Shown piece by piece: positions 10,696 to 26,900 of a DNA stretch of 64,000 bases. The translations under genes were made by a program, and so were the position numbers. The stretch is from the NCBI RefSeq assembly GCF_009914755.1, contig NC_060942.1; one strand, written 5' to 3'. The stretch is from the human T2T-CHM13v2.0 reference genome, Homo sapiens. The notes under the pieces were generated by a model that saw only the letters and a list, made by a program, of their open reading frames with translations, searched no databases and was not told the DNA's origin. How positions within the stretch are numbered: position 1 is the first letter of the stretch; every line of letters starts with the position of its first letter.

Positions 10696-12849
10696 GAGGA
10701 GGCACATTTTACATGGCTGGAGCAGGAGAAAGATGGCGAGGAGGAGGAAGTGTTACACATATTATAAACATCCAGATCTCATGAGTACTCACTCACTACA
10801 ATGAGAACAGCAAGATGGAAATCCTCCCTCATGATACAATCACCTTCCACCAGGCCCCTCCTCCAACACTGGGGATAGCAATTAAACATGCGATTTGGGC
10901 AGGAACACAAGTCCAAACCAATCATTCTGCCCCTGGCCCCTCCAAAATCTCATGTCCTTTTCATGTTTTAAAACAGAATCCTTTCTTCTCAACAGTCCCC
11001 CAAGCCTTAACTCATTTCAGCATTCACTAAAAAATCCATAGTCCAAAGTCTCACCTTAGACAAGGCAAGTCCCTTCCACCTATGAGCCTGTAAAATCAAA
11101 AATAAGTTAGTTACTTCCAAGATACAATGGGGGTATAGGCATTGTTAAATACACCCACTCTAAGAGGGAGAAATCAGCCAAAACAAAGGGGCTAAAGACC
11201 CCATGCAAGTCCAAAATACAGCAGAGCAGTCATTAAATGTTAAAGCTCCAAAATAATCCTCTTTGACTCCATGTCTCACATCCAAGCCAAACTGAGGAAA
11301 GGGGTGGGCTCCTAAGGCCTTGAGCAGCTCCACCCCTGTGGCTCTGCATGGTACAGTCCCCACAGCTGCTTTCATGGGCTGGCGTTGAGTATCTACATCT
11401 TTTCCAGGCACATGTTGCAAGCTGTCTGTGGATTTATCATTCTGGGGTCTGGAAGATGATGGCTCTCTTCTCACAGCTCCACTATTCAGTGCCCCAGTGG
11501 AGACTGCATCAGGGCTCCAACCCCACCTTTCCCATCTGTCCTGCCCTAATAGAGGTTCTACATGAGGGCTCAGCTGCTGCAGCACATTTCTATTTGGACA
11601 TCCAGACATTTCCATACATCCTCTGAAATCTAGGTGGAGCCTCAAAGGGTGCAAGCCCCCAGCCTTGGTGGCTTCCATGTGGTGATGGGCCTGCAGGTGC
11701 ACAGAGAGCAAGCCTCAGCTCTTGCTCTCTGTGCATGCACAGGCCCATCACCACATGGAAGTCTCCAAGGCTGGGGGCTTGCACCCTCTGAAGCCATGGC
11801 CCAAGCTGTACCTTGGCCTCTTTTAGCCATGGCTGCTTGGAGCTGGAGTATCCATGATGCAGGACATTATGTCCTGAGGCTGTGCAGATCAGCAGGGCCC
11901 TGGACCTGGCCCACAAAACCATTCTTCCCTACTAAACCTTTGGACCTGTGATGAGAGGGGCTGCCTCAAAGGTCTCTGTAATGCCTTTGAAGCATTTTCC
12001 CCATTATGCTGGCTATCAACATTTGCTTCCTCTTTATTTACACAAATTTCTGCTGCTAGCTTGAATTCCTCCTCGAGAAAATGGGTTTTTCCTTTTTATG
12101 GGTTTTTCCATGGTAAAGCTGCAAATTTCCCAAAATTTTACACTCTCCTTCCCTTTTAAAGTTCCAGTTTCAGATCATCTCTTGGCTCATGCATAACAGA
12201 AGTAACCTTGGCTCCAGTTCCCAATAAGTTCCTCACCTCTATCGGAGACCTCCTCAGCCAGGACTTCATTGTCCATATCACTATTAACATTTTGGTCACA
12301 ACAATTTAACAAGTCTCTAGGAAGTTCCAAACTTTCCCTCATCTTCCTGTCTTCTTCTGAGTCCTCCAAACTGTTCCAACCTCTGCTCGTTACCCAGTTC
12401 CAAAGTCGTTTCCACATTTTTAGGTATCTTTTTAGCAATACACCACTCCTGGTACCAATTTTCTGTAGTAGTCTGTTCTTGCACTGCTAGAAGGAAATAT
12501 CTGAAACTGGGTAATTTATAAGAAGAGAGCTTTAATTGGCTCACAGTTCCACAAGCTGTACAGGAAGCATGGCTGAGGAGGCCTCAGGATACTTACAATC
12601 TTGGTGGAAGGCAAAGTGGAAGGAGGCACATCTTACCTGGCTGGAGCCCGAGGACGAGGGAGAAAAGTTGGAAGTGCTACTCACTTTATAAACAACCAAA
12701 TCTCATGAGAACTCACTCAGTAACACGATAACAGCAAGGGGGAAATCTGCCACCATGAGCCAATCACCTCCTACCAGACGCGTCCTCCAACACTGGGAAT
12801 TACAATTTGGCATGAGATTTGACTGGGGACACAAATCCAAGCCATATTA
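10696..12849 (-). mobile_element. MaLR provirus, MSTA-like: partial 3' LTR 10696-10924, internal 10925-12463, complete 5' LTR 12464-12849
   Basis: Two similar LTR copies ('ccagatctcatgag..ctcactca', 'ggaattacaatt..catgagattt'); internal region starts 'gaaaattggtaccagga' on the minus strand; antisense frames give typical THE1/MST-int pseudo-peptides (GWNSLEDSEEDRKMRESLELPRDLLN). Confidence 0.92.
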
Positions 12850-13253
12850 GGCATTCATCTTTAAGTCATAATTAGGCTCTTTCTGACTTCTGTTTGTTTC
12901 TCAATCTTAAAAAAATCTGTGAAGGGCATCCATTTTTCTTCAGTTAACAATGTAAAAAAAGACTACATTGATATGGTTAAATTCCTAAGACCCTCAAGTC
13001 TTTAGGGACGAACTAAATGTCTAGTATCATCACTTACAAAAGTGTCAAACTTAGTGGAGCTTGTGTTGATATATAAAGTTTATATTTTTATTTTCATCAT
13101 TTAATTCCATGTTTCTGACAACTGTTTGAAGTTTCCTCATATATACATTTTTATTTTAGAAAAATAGTATTATACAGAGTATTTTCACCTGAGCTAATAC
13201 CATAGACACTTGAATCCAGACATTTTGGCCCAAGTATTATTTTAAGCATTGCC

Positions 13254-13277
13254 AAAAAAAAAAAAAAAAAAAAAAAA
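13254..13277. repeat. Poly(A) run, 24 nt
   Basis: Directly visible. Confidence 0.9.
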
Positions 13278-13799
13278 CCAGAGAGTCAGTCATCTGAGTG
13301 ACAATATTACCCCCTTCTTTGAGTCAGTTCACTAAACTGTCCCCTAACTGTCATTTATGGAAGAAAGAGACACTTGTGCTCAAGTATTTGGCTAAGACTG
13401 GTCAGAGCTAAAAAAAATTCTTCTTGGCAATGATGTTTTATTTTAACAAATTTATTGAACATTTGACACTTAATTCAGCTCACAGCCAAGAGGATTGAAT
13501 CAAAGAGAAGCTCCACTAGATCTTGCTAAATTGCAGTTTCCAAGAGACCACTTTCTTTACCAGCTGTCAGGCTTGATAAGCTGCCTGTTACAGCTGACAT
13601 TGGATCCTCCCTAGCAGATTACATCACATTAAACAGTGATGGAGTCTGTGTTATTTAGTCCCTTGTTTTTCTTCCCAACATCCTCTCCCTTCACCTCGCT
13701 TCCTCTTCCCTACATGCTGAATTCCATATACCTTCTCCGGGTTCTCTCAGTGTCTTGGGATCTTTAATCTTAGAACATTTGTTACACTGCACTGTCCTT

Positions 13800-13940
13800 G
13801 TTGGGTTGCTGTTTTGGCTTAGCTATTAGATTATGAGCTTTATGAGGGCAGGGCCTAGGTCTTGTGTCACTTTATCTCCTCAGCATTTAGAACTCTGATT
13901 AAATTATAGAAAAGCTCAATAAATGTGTGTAGAATAAGTG
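13800..13940 (+). mobile_element. L2 3' end
   Basis: 'tagattatgagctttatgagggcaggg...gctcaataaatgtgtgtagaataagtg'. Confidence 0.7.
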
Positions 13941-14789
13941 ATGTCAATGATAGTAGCACCATCGATTGTCAAATTGAACCCTCTCAGTAGACAAGGCTTA
14001 AATAATTCAATATTCTGTACTAAAAATCCCCCGTCACAACAATAAATCCTGTTATTTTAAACTCTTCCAGGCTATGGTCAATGATTTCATTAGAGTTGGT
14101 TAAAATGGAAACCAAGTTTACATATTCAGTACCCATGTGGCCAGTAGGCTTTCTCAAATTTTACTCATCTATTTCATGTCAAAAGTAGTCACGTGAGAAT
14201 GGACAAAACATATGAATATTTAGTACGACCAATAACTACCCCTGAAAAACAATTAATAATTATATTTTAATATAATATATGTTAATCCATGTTTTTTAAC
14301 AAATATAAAGTTGGAAATATTCAACTCATTTGTGAAATGAAAATGTATAGGACTATATGGCAAACTTATATTATGCCAGGGATTACTTTTTGTTTTGTTT
14401 TTGTTTTAGTGTACAAAGAAGAATATGTCCATGTTTCTACACCCAGTGAGATTATCTTCTTTATAAATTGTGAATAATATTTTTTAAAAAAAGTCAAATT
14501 TGTGATTATTCTGTGGTTTTGATTAAATACTGAGATAATTCAGAGTAAAAACAAAAAAAATCAGTCTGTGTTTCTTTGAGCATATGAAAATTTACATAAT
14601 GATAGGCCTTAGATCTCAGAAGTGATGGTGTCATGAACCTTGACTAAACTAACCTATTTATTTTAAAAAATCATCATGTGAAGAAAGTTTGGTTAAACGA
14701 GAGAACATATGCCAGATAGAAGGTATTAAATGTTTAATCTAACTTGATTTTTAAAAAGTCTCAGTATTATTTTAACACATTATTAGTTG

Positions 14790-14935
14790 GTACACATAAA
14801 GTTTAGTCCTATCTCTGCCACTGATTACTTATTTAAACTTGTCAGGTATCAAATTTTTTTGGAGCTCAATCTCCTTATGAGGAAAATTAAAGAGCTGACA
14901 AAATGAATCCCAAGATCCCTTCTACCTATACCATT
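14790..14935 (+). mobile_element. MIR/MIR3 fragment
   Basis: 'tctgccactgattac', 'gagctcaatctcctta..aaaatt', 'caagatcccttcta'. Confidence 0.5.
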
Positions 14936-15086
14936 TCACTATCTTCTTTTTTTTTCATACAATATTTAAACTTGATTGAATTGGATGGAGATCAACCAAA
15001 TATTATTGATCTTAAGTTCCACTTGAGTGTCCTTTCCAGAATAAAAAGATAGCTCAATTACTCTTTCCACTGCAACTCAGAATCTA

Positions 15087-15143
15087 GTCTCTCTCTCTCT
15101 GTCTTTGTCTCTCTCTCTCTCTTTCTTTTTTTCTCTCTCTCTC
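15087..15143. repeat. (CT)n-rich microsatellite
   Basis: Directly visible. Confidence 0.85.
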
Positions 15144-15934
15144 ATACAAAAAGACACTTAAGTGGGGAAAAAGAAGCCTCCACTCCATAGACAGCAGATA
15201 ACAGGAATATCCACTAGGAAGACTCAAGTTTCGGTAAATCAGGGTGCTATGAACAGGCTAATACTATAGGAGAATGTGTTTTGTCATGAAATTGGGTCCC
15301 AGAAGACACAGACACCAGAGTCGAGAGAGAAAATAAATGAAAATTGTATCTAGATGTGGGGTTGGTGAAAAATGCAATGTCTGAATGAGACAATAAGTGA
15401 TAAAATGGGTTTATATTTTAGGAGACACCTGAAGAAAATGAAGAAGAATTACATGAATCGAATTAACTATTTTAGGGTAGTCGCAAGAGCATGATTTGGG
15501 ATAGAGGCAAATACAAGCAGGATGCTGTTTAATAGCCATATAATACTGACTAGTTGTTTAACCCTTTAAGCTACAGTTTTCTGATCTGTGGTTAAGAATA
15601 ACTGGTCAGGAGAATTCAATTATATTTGGCACACAAACAGCACAGTGCCTATCATTTCTTAGATTATCACAAATTTCTGAAAGCAAATCTTATTATGATT
15701 TGCACTTAGAGCAGTCAGGCCAGCGCCTTATAGTTTCCTCACTTGTGAAAGGAGGATCTTGGGGGATATTATTTTTTGTGGAAATAAAATTTGATGATTT
15801 TCAATTCAGTGTGGCTCAATGCTTCTAGCAATAGTCTTTCTGTCAGATATCCCACCTGTTTCCATATCTTTTCTCAGTTTGGTCCTCATTCTAATACATA
15901 TGTAAATGAGGTTGACTGCTTAGGAAACAGAGAT

Positions 15935-18900
15935 GGATCATTCAATCATTCATTTACTCAGTAGGTATTTATAGGTATTTATGGAGTACCGAACATGTGC
16001 TAAGCACCCTGTTGTGTCTAAAGATTCAGTGTGATTAAACACAGACCTTTTTTTCCCCCTCATGGAGCTTAGAATCTAGAGGCTTTTTCTTTTTTTGGAA
16101 TAAAGATCATCATACCATCACATATGTTAAAATGATTTTGTGTAAGTTCTGTAAAGGAAAGATACATAATGGTCGGAGAATCTACAGAGAGTTGGACATC
16201 ATTTTTAGGAGGATGGGGAAGGATTTCTTGAGACTGAGGATGCGATGCTTAAACTTGATATCTGAAGACATTATGATTTTGCTAAGTGAAGACAAAAGTG
16301 AATTTTAGCAAGAGAGAGCTGCATGAGAAAAGGCACCATGTTGGGAAAGCACCATGGAATTATGCAGCATTGATCAGCAAGGAGATTATCTGAAATTTAG
16401 AGATGAACAGGTATTCAACAAAAAAGAAAGGGAGGAGACAAGAGAAGGAGGTAGGAATAAGAACCACTTTACCCTGCTTGAGAGCATTAGAAAGCTGTTG
16501 AAACATTTTATTTTTTATTTTTTGGTTACATGGATAAATTCTTCAAGGGTAATTTCTGAGATTCTGGTGAACCCGTCACCCAAGCAGTGTACACCTTACC
16601 CAATGCTTAGTTTTTTATCTCTCATCCCTAACACACCCTTCCCCCTGAGCCCCCAAAGTCCATTGTATTATTCTTACACCTTTGTGTCTTCATAGCTTAG
16701 CTCCCATTTATAAGTAAGAACATATGATATTTGGTTTTCCATTCGTGGGTTACTTCACTTAGAATAATGATCTGCAACTCCATACGGGTTGCTGCTAATG
16801 CCATTATTTTATTCCTTTTTATGGCTGAGTAGTATTCCATGGTGTATATATACCACATTTTCTTTAACTATTCATTGGTTTATGGGCATTTAGGCTTGTT
16901 CCATATTTTTTCAGTTGCAAGTTGTGCTTCTGTAAACATGCATGTGTGTCTTTTTCATATAATGACTTCCTTTCCTCTGGGTAGATATACAGTAGTGGGA
17001 TTGCTGGATCAAATGATGATTCTACTTTTAGCTCTTCGAGGAATCTCTCCATACTGTTTTCCATAGTGGTTGTACTAGTTTACATTCCCACCAGCAGTGA
17101 AAGTGCTCCATTTTCATCACATCCATAGCAACATCTATTATTTTTTTGATTTTTTTATTATGGCCATTCTTGCAGGAGTAAGGTGGTATCTTATTGTGAT
17201 TTTAATTTGCATTTGCCTGAACATTAGTGATGTTGAGCATTTATTTTTTCATATGTTTGTTGGCCATTTGCATATCTTCTTTTGAGGTTTGTCTATTCAT
17301 GTCCTTAGCCCACTTTTTGATGGGATTATTTGGGTTTTTTTTTCTTGCTGATTTGTTTGAGTTCCTTGTAGATTCTGGATATTAGTCCGTTGTCAAATGC
17401 ATAGATTGTGAATACTTTCTTCCACTCTGTCGGTTGTCTGTTTACTCCGCTGATTGTTTCTTTTGCTGTGCAGAAGCTTTTTTAAATTAATGAGTTCCCA
17501 TATATTTATTTTTGTTTTTTGTTGCAGTTGGATTTGAGTTTTTGATCATGAATTCTTTGCCTGCGTCAATGTCTAGAAGAGTTCTTCCAATACTATCTTC
17601 TAGAGTCTTTATGGTTTCAAATCTTAGATATAAGTCTTTGGTCCATCTTGAGTTGATTTTTGTTTAAGAAAAAATATGAGGATCTAGTTTCATCCTTCTA
17701 CATGATGCTTGAAAATTATCCCAGCACCATTTGGTGAATAGAGTAACAAGATGAATTCAGTTAAGTTTCAGGATACAAAATCAATGTACACAAATCAGTA
17801 GCACTGCTATACACCAACAACCACCAAGCTGAGAAAAAAAACAAGAACTCAATCCCTTTTATAATAGCTGCAAAGAAAAATACTTAGAAATATACCTAAC
17901 CAAGGTGGTAAAAGATCTTTACAAGGAAAACTACAAAACAATACTGAAATAAATCATTAGCAACACAAACAAATGGAAACACATACCATGCTCATGGATG
18001 GGTAGAATCAATATTGCAAAAATGATCATACTGCAAAAAGCAATCTACATATTCAATGCAATTCCCATCAAAGTACCTTCATCATTCTTTATGGAACTAG
18101 AAAAAGCAATCCTAAAATTTATATGGAACCTAAAAAGAGGCAGCATAGCCAAAGCAAGACTAAGCAAAAATAACCAATCTGGAGGCATCACATAATCCCA
18201 CTTGAAACTATGCTATAAGACTATAGTTACTGAAACAGCATGGTACTGATATAAAAATAGGCACGCAGACCAATGGAAAAGAATAGAGAACCCAGAAAAA
18301 GCCAAATATTTATAGCCAACTGATCACTGACAAAGCAAACAAAAACATAAAGTAGGGAAAGGACATCCTGTTGAAGCACTTTAATCAGGAGAGGAGGATT
18401 ATATTATCAGGCTTCTGTGTGCAGAACAGAGTGAAGAGGTGCCTGAGTGGGTGAGAGCAGACCAGGCAGAGGCTATTCAATAGCAGATAAGTTAATGAAT
18501 GAGAGGTGGGGGCAAAGCTGGAGGTGGAGGTGTAGGTGGTACCAATCACAGGGATAAAGACACTTCCAGAAGAGCCAATTTAAGTAAAGAGAGTTGGAGA
18601 TTGACACCCCTTTGGAAGATCCAAGAAGAGCTATTAAATAGGCAACTGCATCTACAAGATTGAACCTCAGAAAAGAGAGTTGGAATGGCAATGGAAAGTT
18701 TGAGTCATTCTCATGTAGGTGGTAACTGAAGTGACATGTATGAATAATGATGAATAAAAGGAAGACCAGAGTAATAAAAGGAGAATGGCTGAGAGAGTCT
18801 TGAGGTCTTCTCACATTTAGAGGCAAGAAGAGAGAGGCAATGCTGACTAAGAGACAAAGAGTAAGGAAAGGTAAGACAGAAACCAAGAGAATCTTATGAA
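15935..18900 (-). mobile_element. L2 LINE (15935-16510 and 18368-18900), split by an L1PB insertion
   Basis: 'tcattcaatcattcatttactca..gagtacc..tgtgctaagcac', 'catggagcttagaatcta'; L2-like purine-rich sequence resumes after the L1 TSD. Confidence 0.7.
16511..18367 (-). mobile_element. L1PB (L1PB1-like), 5'-truncated with 5' inversion (minus 16511-17741; plus ~17750-18367)
   Basis: L1PB 3'UTR 'catagcttagctcccatttataagtaagaacat'; ORF2 fragment [25 protein letters not shown] on +; TSD ctgttgaaacatttta (16495-16510) / ctgttgaagcacttta (18368-18383). Confidence 0.9.
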
Positions 18901-19695
18901 CTTGTCTTTCCGTGTCACATAACCATCTGATATAATTTATGATCATGATTGTCCTAATTAATACAAAACCAATTAAGATAGAAATAGCAGGCTTAGCCTA
19001 GAAAGTTTCTATATAAAGAAACAACTTATTGGTTGCATTAGCTTTGCATGTACTACCTTTTAGAAAACTTAACTAAATGTAATGAAGTCTATGTGATTCT
19101 TCTTACAAAACTGGAAATGTCGAAACTGAAGTCAAGGTGTCATTAGCAAAACTATTTAGTTTAGTAAATTGATTGGTTATTGTTATCTATATGCTTTCTT
19201 GAAGTATCATAAAATGTATTTCTTATGATGTTTCCATTATTTATCTATCCATTAGCATATTATATATAGTTACAGACCTATGTAAAATGTTTTAACTTGC
19301 ATTTCATGAATAATTTAAATCTATAATCTTGAGGGAATTAATTGTACTAAGAAATGTATGTTCTACCCATGAATGACTAGCCTTAATAAAAGGAATCTTT
19401 TATTAGATACTTGAAGACTATGTAGATTTATATGTAGATTTATTTTCAAATCTACCCCTTCCCTCCAATCTGGCAGACATTAATACTTTTTGCTTGAATA
19501 TACTTTTACTATAATGGTTGCAAAATTATAATTTTTTTGCTCCATTATTCCTTCTATATTTATTAATTGGCATTGTGTTCCAAGGAAGTAGGTTGTAATC
19601 CATTACTTTATTTTGGTGTGTGCTCATATTTTCCCAGATTTAGACAGACAGAGCCTCTTCATGCTGGCTTTTATAACCTTTTACCTTGCCTTCAG

Positions 19696-19729
19696 ACACA
19701 CACACACACACACATACACACACACACAC
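19696..19729. repeat. (CA)n microsatellite
   Basis: Directly visible. Confidence 0.9.
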
Positions 19730-21707
19730 GTTTTAGTATACTTTATTGCTTTCTGGCACAGGTGCTTTCCCTAACCTAGTCATAAAATTAGCCATTTCTT
19801 TAAAAATTTCTAGCTTATTTTAATGAGGAATGGAAACTAGAAACCAAAATATAGGGGACAGATATGCTCATTACAGTAAATATCTTTTAAATAAAATTTG
19901 AATGCCATTCTCTCTTCTCGTCTCTGGAAAATAAATCAACCAACCAAGAAATAGACAAACGGAAATGTTAATTCTTAAATTGAGCTGATATCAAATGATA
20001 CAATTTAAGTAAAACTTATTGAGCCCTCCTTGCAAATATTATAGGATATTCATTATTATCATTTAGTAGATCAAAAAGTTTATAGGCTTATTATAAACTT
20101 ATAATTATAAAAATTATACTTATTTTCAAAGTGTGGTTAAATGGGTAGATGCTGAAATAATTAGAAATTCAAGACTATGAAAATTGCATTCCCCTTCATC
20201 TTAACTGAATTTAAACAAGTCTATATATATTTAGATTTTTGTTACATGTTATAAAATATTATTTTTCTAAGATTATAAGTTTCAAGCCATGAACTAATTG
20301 AACCATTTAAAATTAATAGCTTAACAACTACCCTGCCCTTCCTGGACACTTCAGTCAGAGGCAGCTCTGCATTTCTCTGAGGCAGAAATCCCCACAACCC
20401 CTTTGACGTTGCAGTTGCTGTAGTACCACTCTAACCACCCTTGGGGACGGAATAAAGGATCTAGTTCCTACACTGACAGCTGCAACACACTGCAGTCCCC
20501 ATATGGAAAGAAATCCAATCTCTCTTCCTTGTGGGCCTCCAGTCCTCACTCTTCACCAGGCAGGGCCCCGGCTCAGGATCACAGATCAGTCACCCCACCC
20601 ATGGCTGAGCATACCCACTGTTAGTGCCTGAGTTTCCTGAGGTGGGTGGAGGCCTCCAAGAGGCAATTGACAGCCTCTCTTCCACTGTAACTGCAGTAGT
20701 TCTGCCCCTGCTGCCCTTGGTCTAGGGAAGAAACAAAGATCCCTAGGGCTTCACCTGTGCTTTGAGCATGGCACAGTCACCAGATGAAAAGGAGCCCAGT
20801 CTCTCCTCCCTGCAAGCCCTTGATCTCTTGCTCCTCAAGAAGCAGAGCTCCCAAATCAGGCCAGCAGCACAGTGATCCCACCTCTTGGAAGAAAATCCCC
20901 AGCAGTGGCCGCTCTGCATTTCTTTGAGGTAGAACTCCCAGTGGCAACCAAAATCCCCTCTGCCACTGCTGCTGCAGTGGTGCTACCCTTGCTGCTCTGA
21001 GACTGGGGAAGGAGCAAAGACCCTGAGTGCTTTAACCAGATCACCATCAAGCTGGAGTTGCCCTAAGGAGGAGAGGCCCGTCTGTCTCCTATGTGATCCA
21101 CCCACCCCACTGCTTAACACCAGAGAGAGTCCCACTGCCGTCCACCAACTGAGGCTTGGGTCTAAATCACAGCCACCCCATTCCAAGGCTGATTGTACTG
21201 ATGGATAGCAGCTCTGCATTTCTCTGCAGTGGAGCCCCAGGAGACAAGTCAAAGGCCCCTGCCACAAACACTGCTAAGGTACCTTCTCCTGCAGCCTCCA
21301 AGCTGAGTAGGAAACATAAAACTTGAGCTGGCCTCAGAGCTACAGTGTGCAGTGTGGGAGTGCCAAGCTGAAATCCATAGTCAGTACTCACATAGGAGAG
21401 GAGACCACACATTTAGAGCATTGAGAGGGAGCATGGCTGCAGTTGTGAGGAAATACAGAAAAGCCATGGAGCTGAGGAAGAGCCTACCTATGGCCACTAC
21501 ACTTAAGTGTCATTTACTGGATTACAGCCCAAACTCCAACACACAAAAAATAATTTGCTAATATAATCCCTTGTGAAACTAAGGACAAGAATTTTGCTAG
21601 AAATTAAGACTAGGCACAAACGCTTGGCCCTCTGAAAACATCCAGAAAAGAAGTCTACTGACTATTCACAAATTACACCACAGTTGAAGGAACACCAGCT
21701 CATATAG

Positions 21708-22720
21708 ATGAGAAAGAAGCAATGCAAGAACTCTGGTAACTTAAAAAGCTATAGTATCTTCCTTCCTCCAAACAACTGTACTAGTTCCACAGCAACAGAT
21801 CTTAGCCAGGCTGAAATGACTGAAATGACAGAAATATAATTCAGAATATTGATATGAATAAAGATCATTGAGGTTCAGGAGAAAGTCAAAACTCAATCCA
21901 AGGAATCTGAGAATTACAATAAAATGATAGAAGAGCTGACAGGTGAAATGACCATTTTACAAAAGAACCAAACGGATCTAATAGAGGTGAAAAAATACAG
22001 TAGAATAATTTTATCATACAATCACAAGTATTAAAAGCAAAATAGACCAATCTGAGGAAATCATCTCATAACTCAAAGACCAGTTCTCTAAGCTAACTCA
22101 GTCAGACAGAAGTAAAAGAAAGTAAAGTAAGACAAGTAAAAAAGAATGAGCAAAACCTCTGAGAAATATGGGATTTTATAAAGAGATCAAATTTATGATT
22201 TATTGCATTACTGAAAGAGATGAGGGAAATCAAGCAACTTGGAACACACATTTCAGGATATCATCTATGAAAACTTCCTCAATATTAGTAGAGAGGCAAA
22301 ATTCAAATTCAGGAAATGCAGAGAAGCTCTGCAAAATACTGCACAAAAAAGTTCATCCCCAACTCAGATAATCATCAGATTCTCCAAGGTCAAAATGAAA
22401 GAAAAAATATTAAAGGCAGCTAGAGAGAGGTAAGTCACCTAAAAGGGGAACCATATCAAGCTAACAGCAGACCTTTCAGCAGAAACCCTATAGAGCAGAA
22501 GAGATTAGGTACATATATTTAGCATTCTTAAATAATTTCCATCCAATAATTTCATACCCAGGCAAACTAAGCTTGATAAGTGAGGAAGAAATAAAATCCT
22601 TTTCAGACAAGCAAACACTAAGGAAAATTGTTATCACCAGATCTGCTTTACAAGTTTCTGAGAGAAGCACTAAATATGGAAAAGAAAGACTAGTACCAGC
22701 CACTACAAAAACACACTTAA
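21708..22720 (+). pseudogene. Disrupted L1 ORF1p
   Basis: Starts ATG AGA AAG (MRKKQCKNSGN); fragments 'IIIRFSKVKMKEKILKAARE' and 'EEIKSFSDKQTLR' match ORF1p; multiple stops and frameshifts. Confidence 0.85.
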
Positions 22721-22789
22721 GTACATATGCTAATGACACAATAAAGCAACCACATAAACAAGACTGCATAATAACCAGCAAAGAACAAG

Positions 22790-26900
<4,111 letters not shown>

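Larger units (their letters stand above)
10103..13139 (+). mobile_element. Hsmar2 mariner relic (pieces 10103-10150, 10636-10695, 12850-13139), interrupted by Alu and MST
   Basis: TA-flanked left TIR 'tgagaggtcttcaaaaatttcatggaaaatg' and right TIR ending 'tttgaagtttcctca'+TA. 12850-13075 resembles the decayed transposase C-terminus (YSPDLAPSDF..LKK..KG.HFSSVNNVK..LQKC region). Confidence 0.85.

Noticed and set aside
11160-12544. Cluster of overlapping ORFs up to 183 aa
   Set aside because: They lie within decayed MST-int sequence; no intact retroviral gene.
18473-18946. 157-aa minus-strand ORF
   Set aside because: Falls in a decayed L2 fragment; no recognisable intact motifs.
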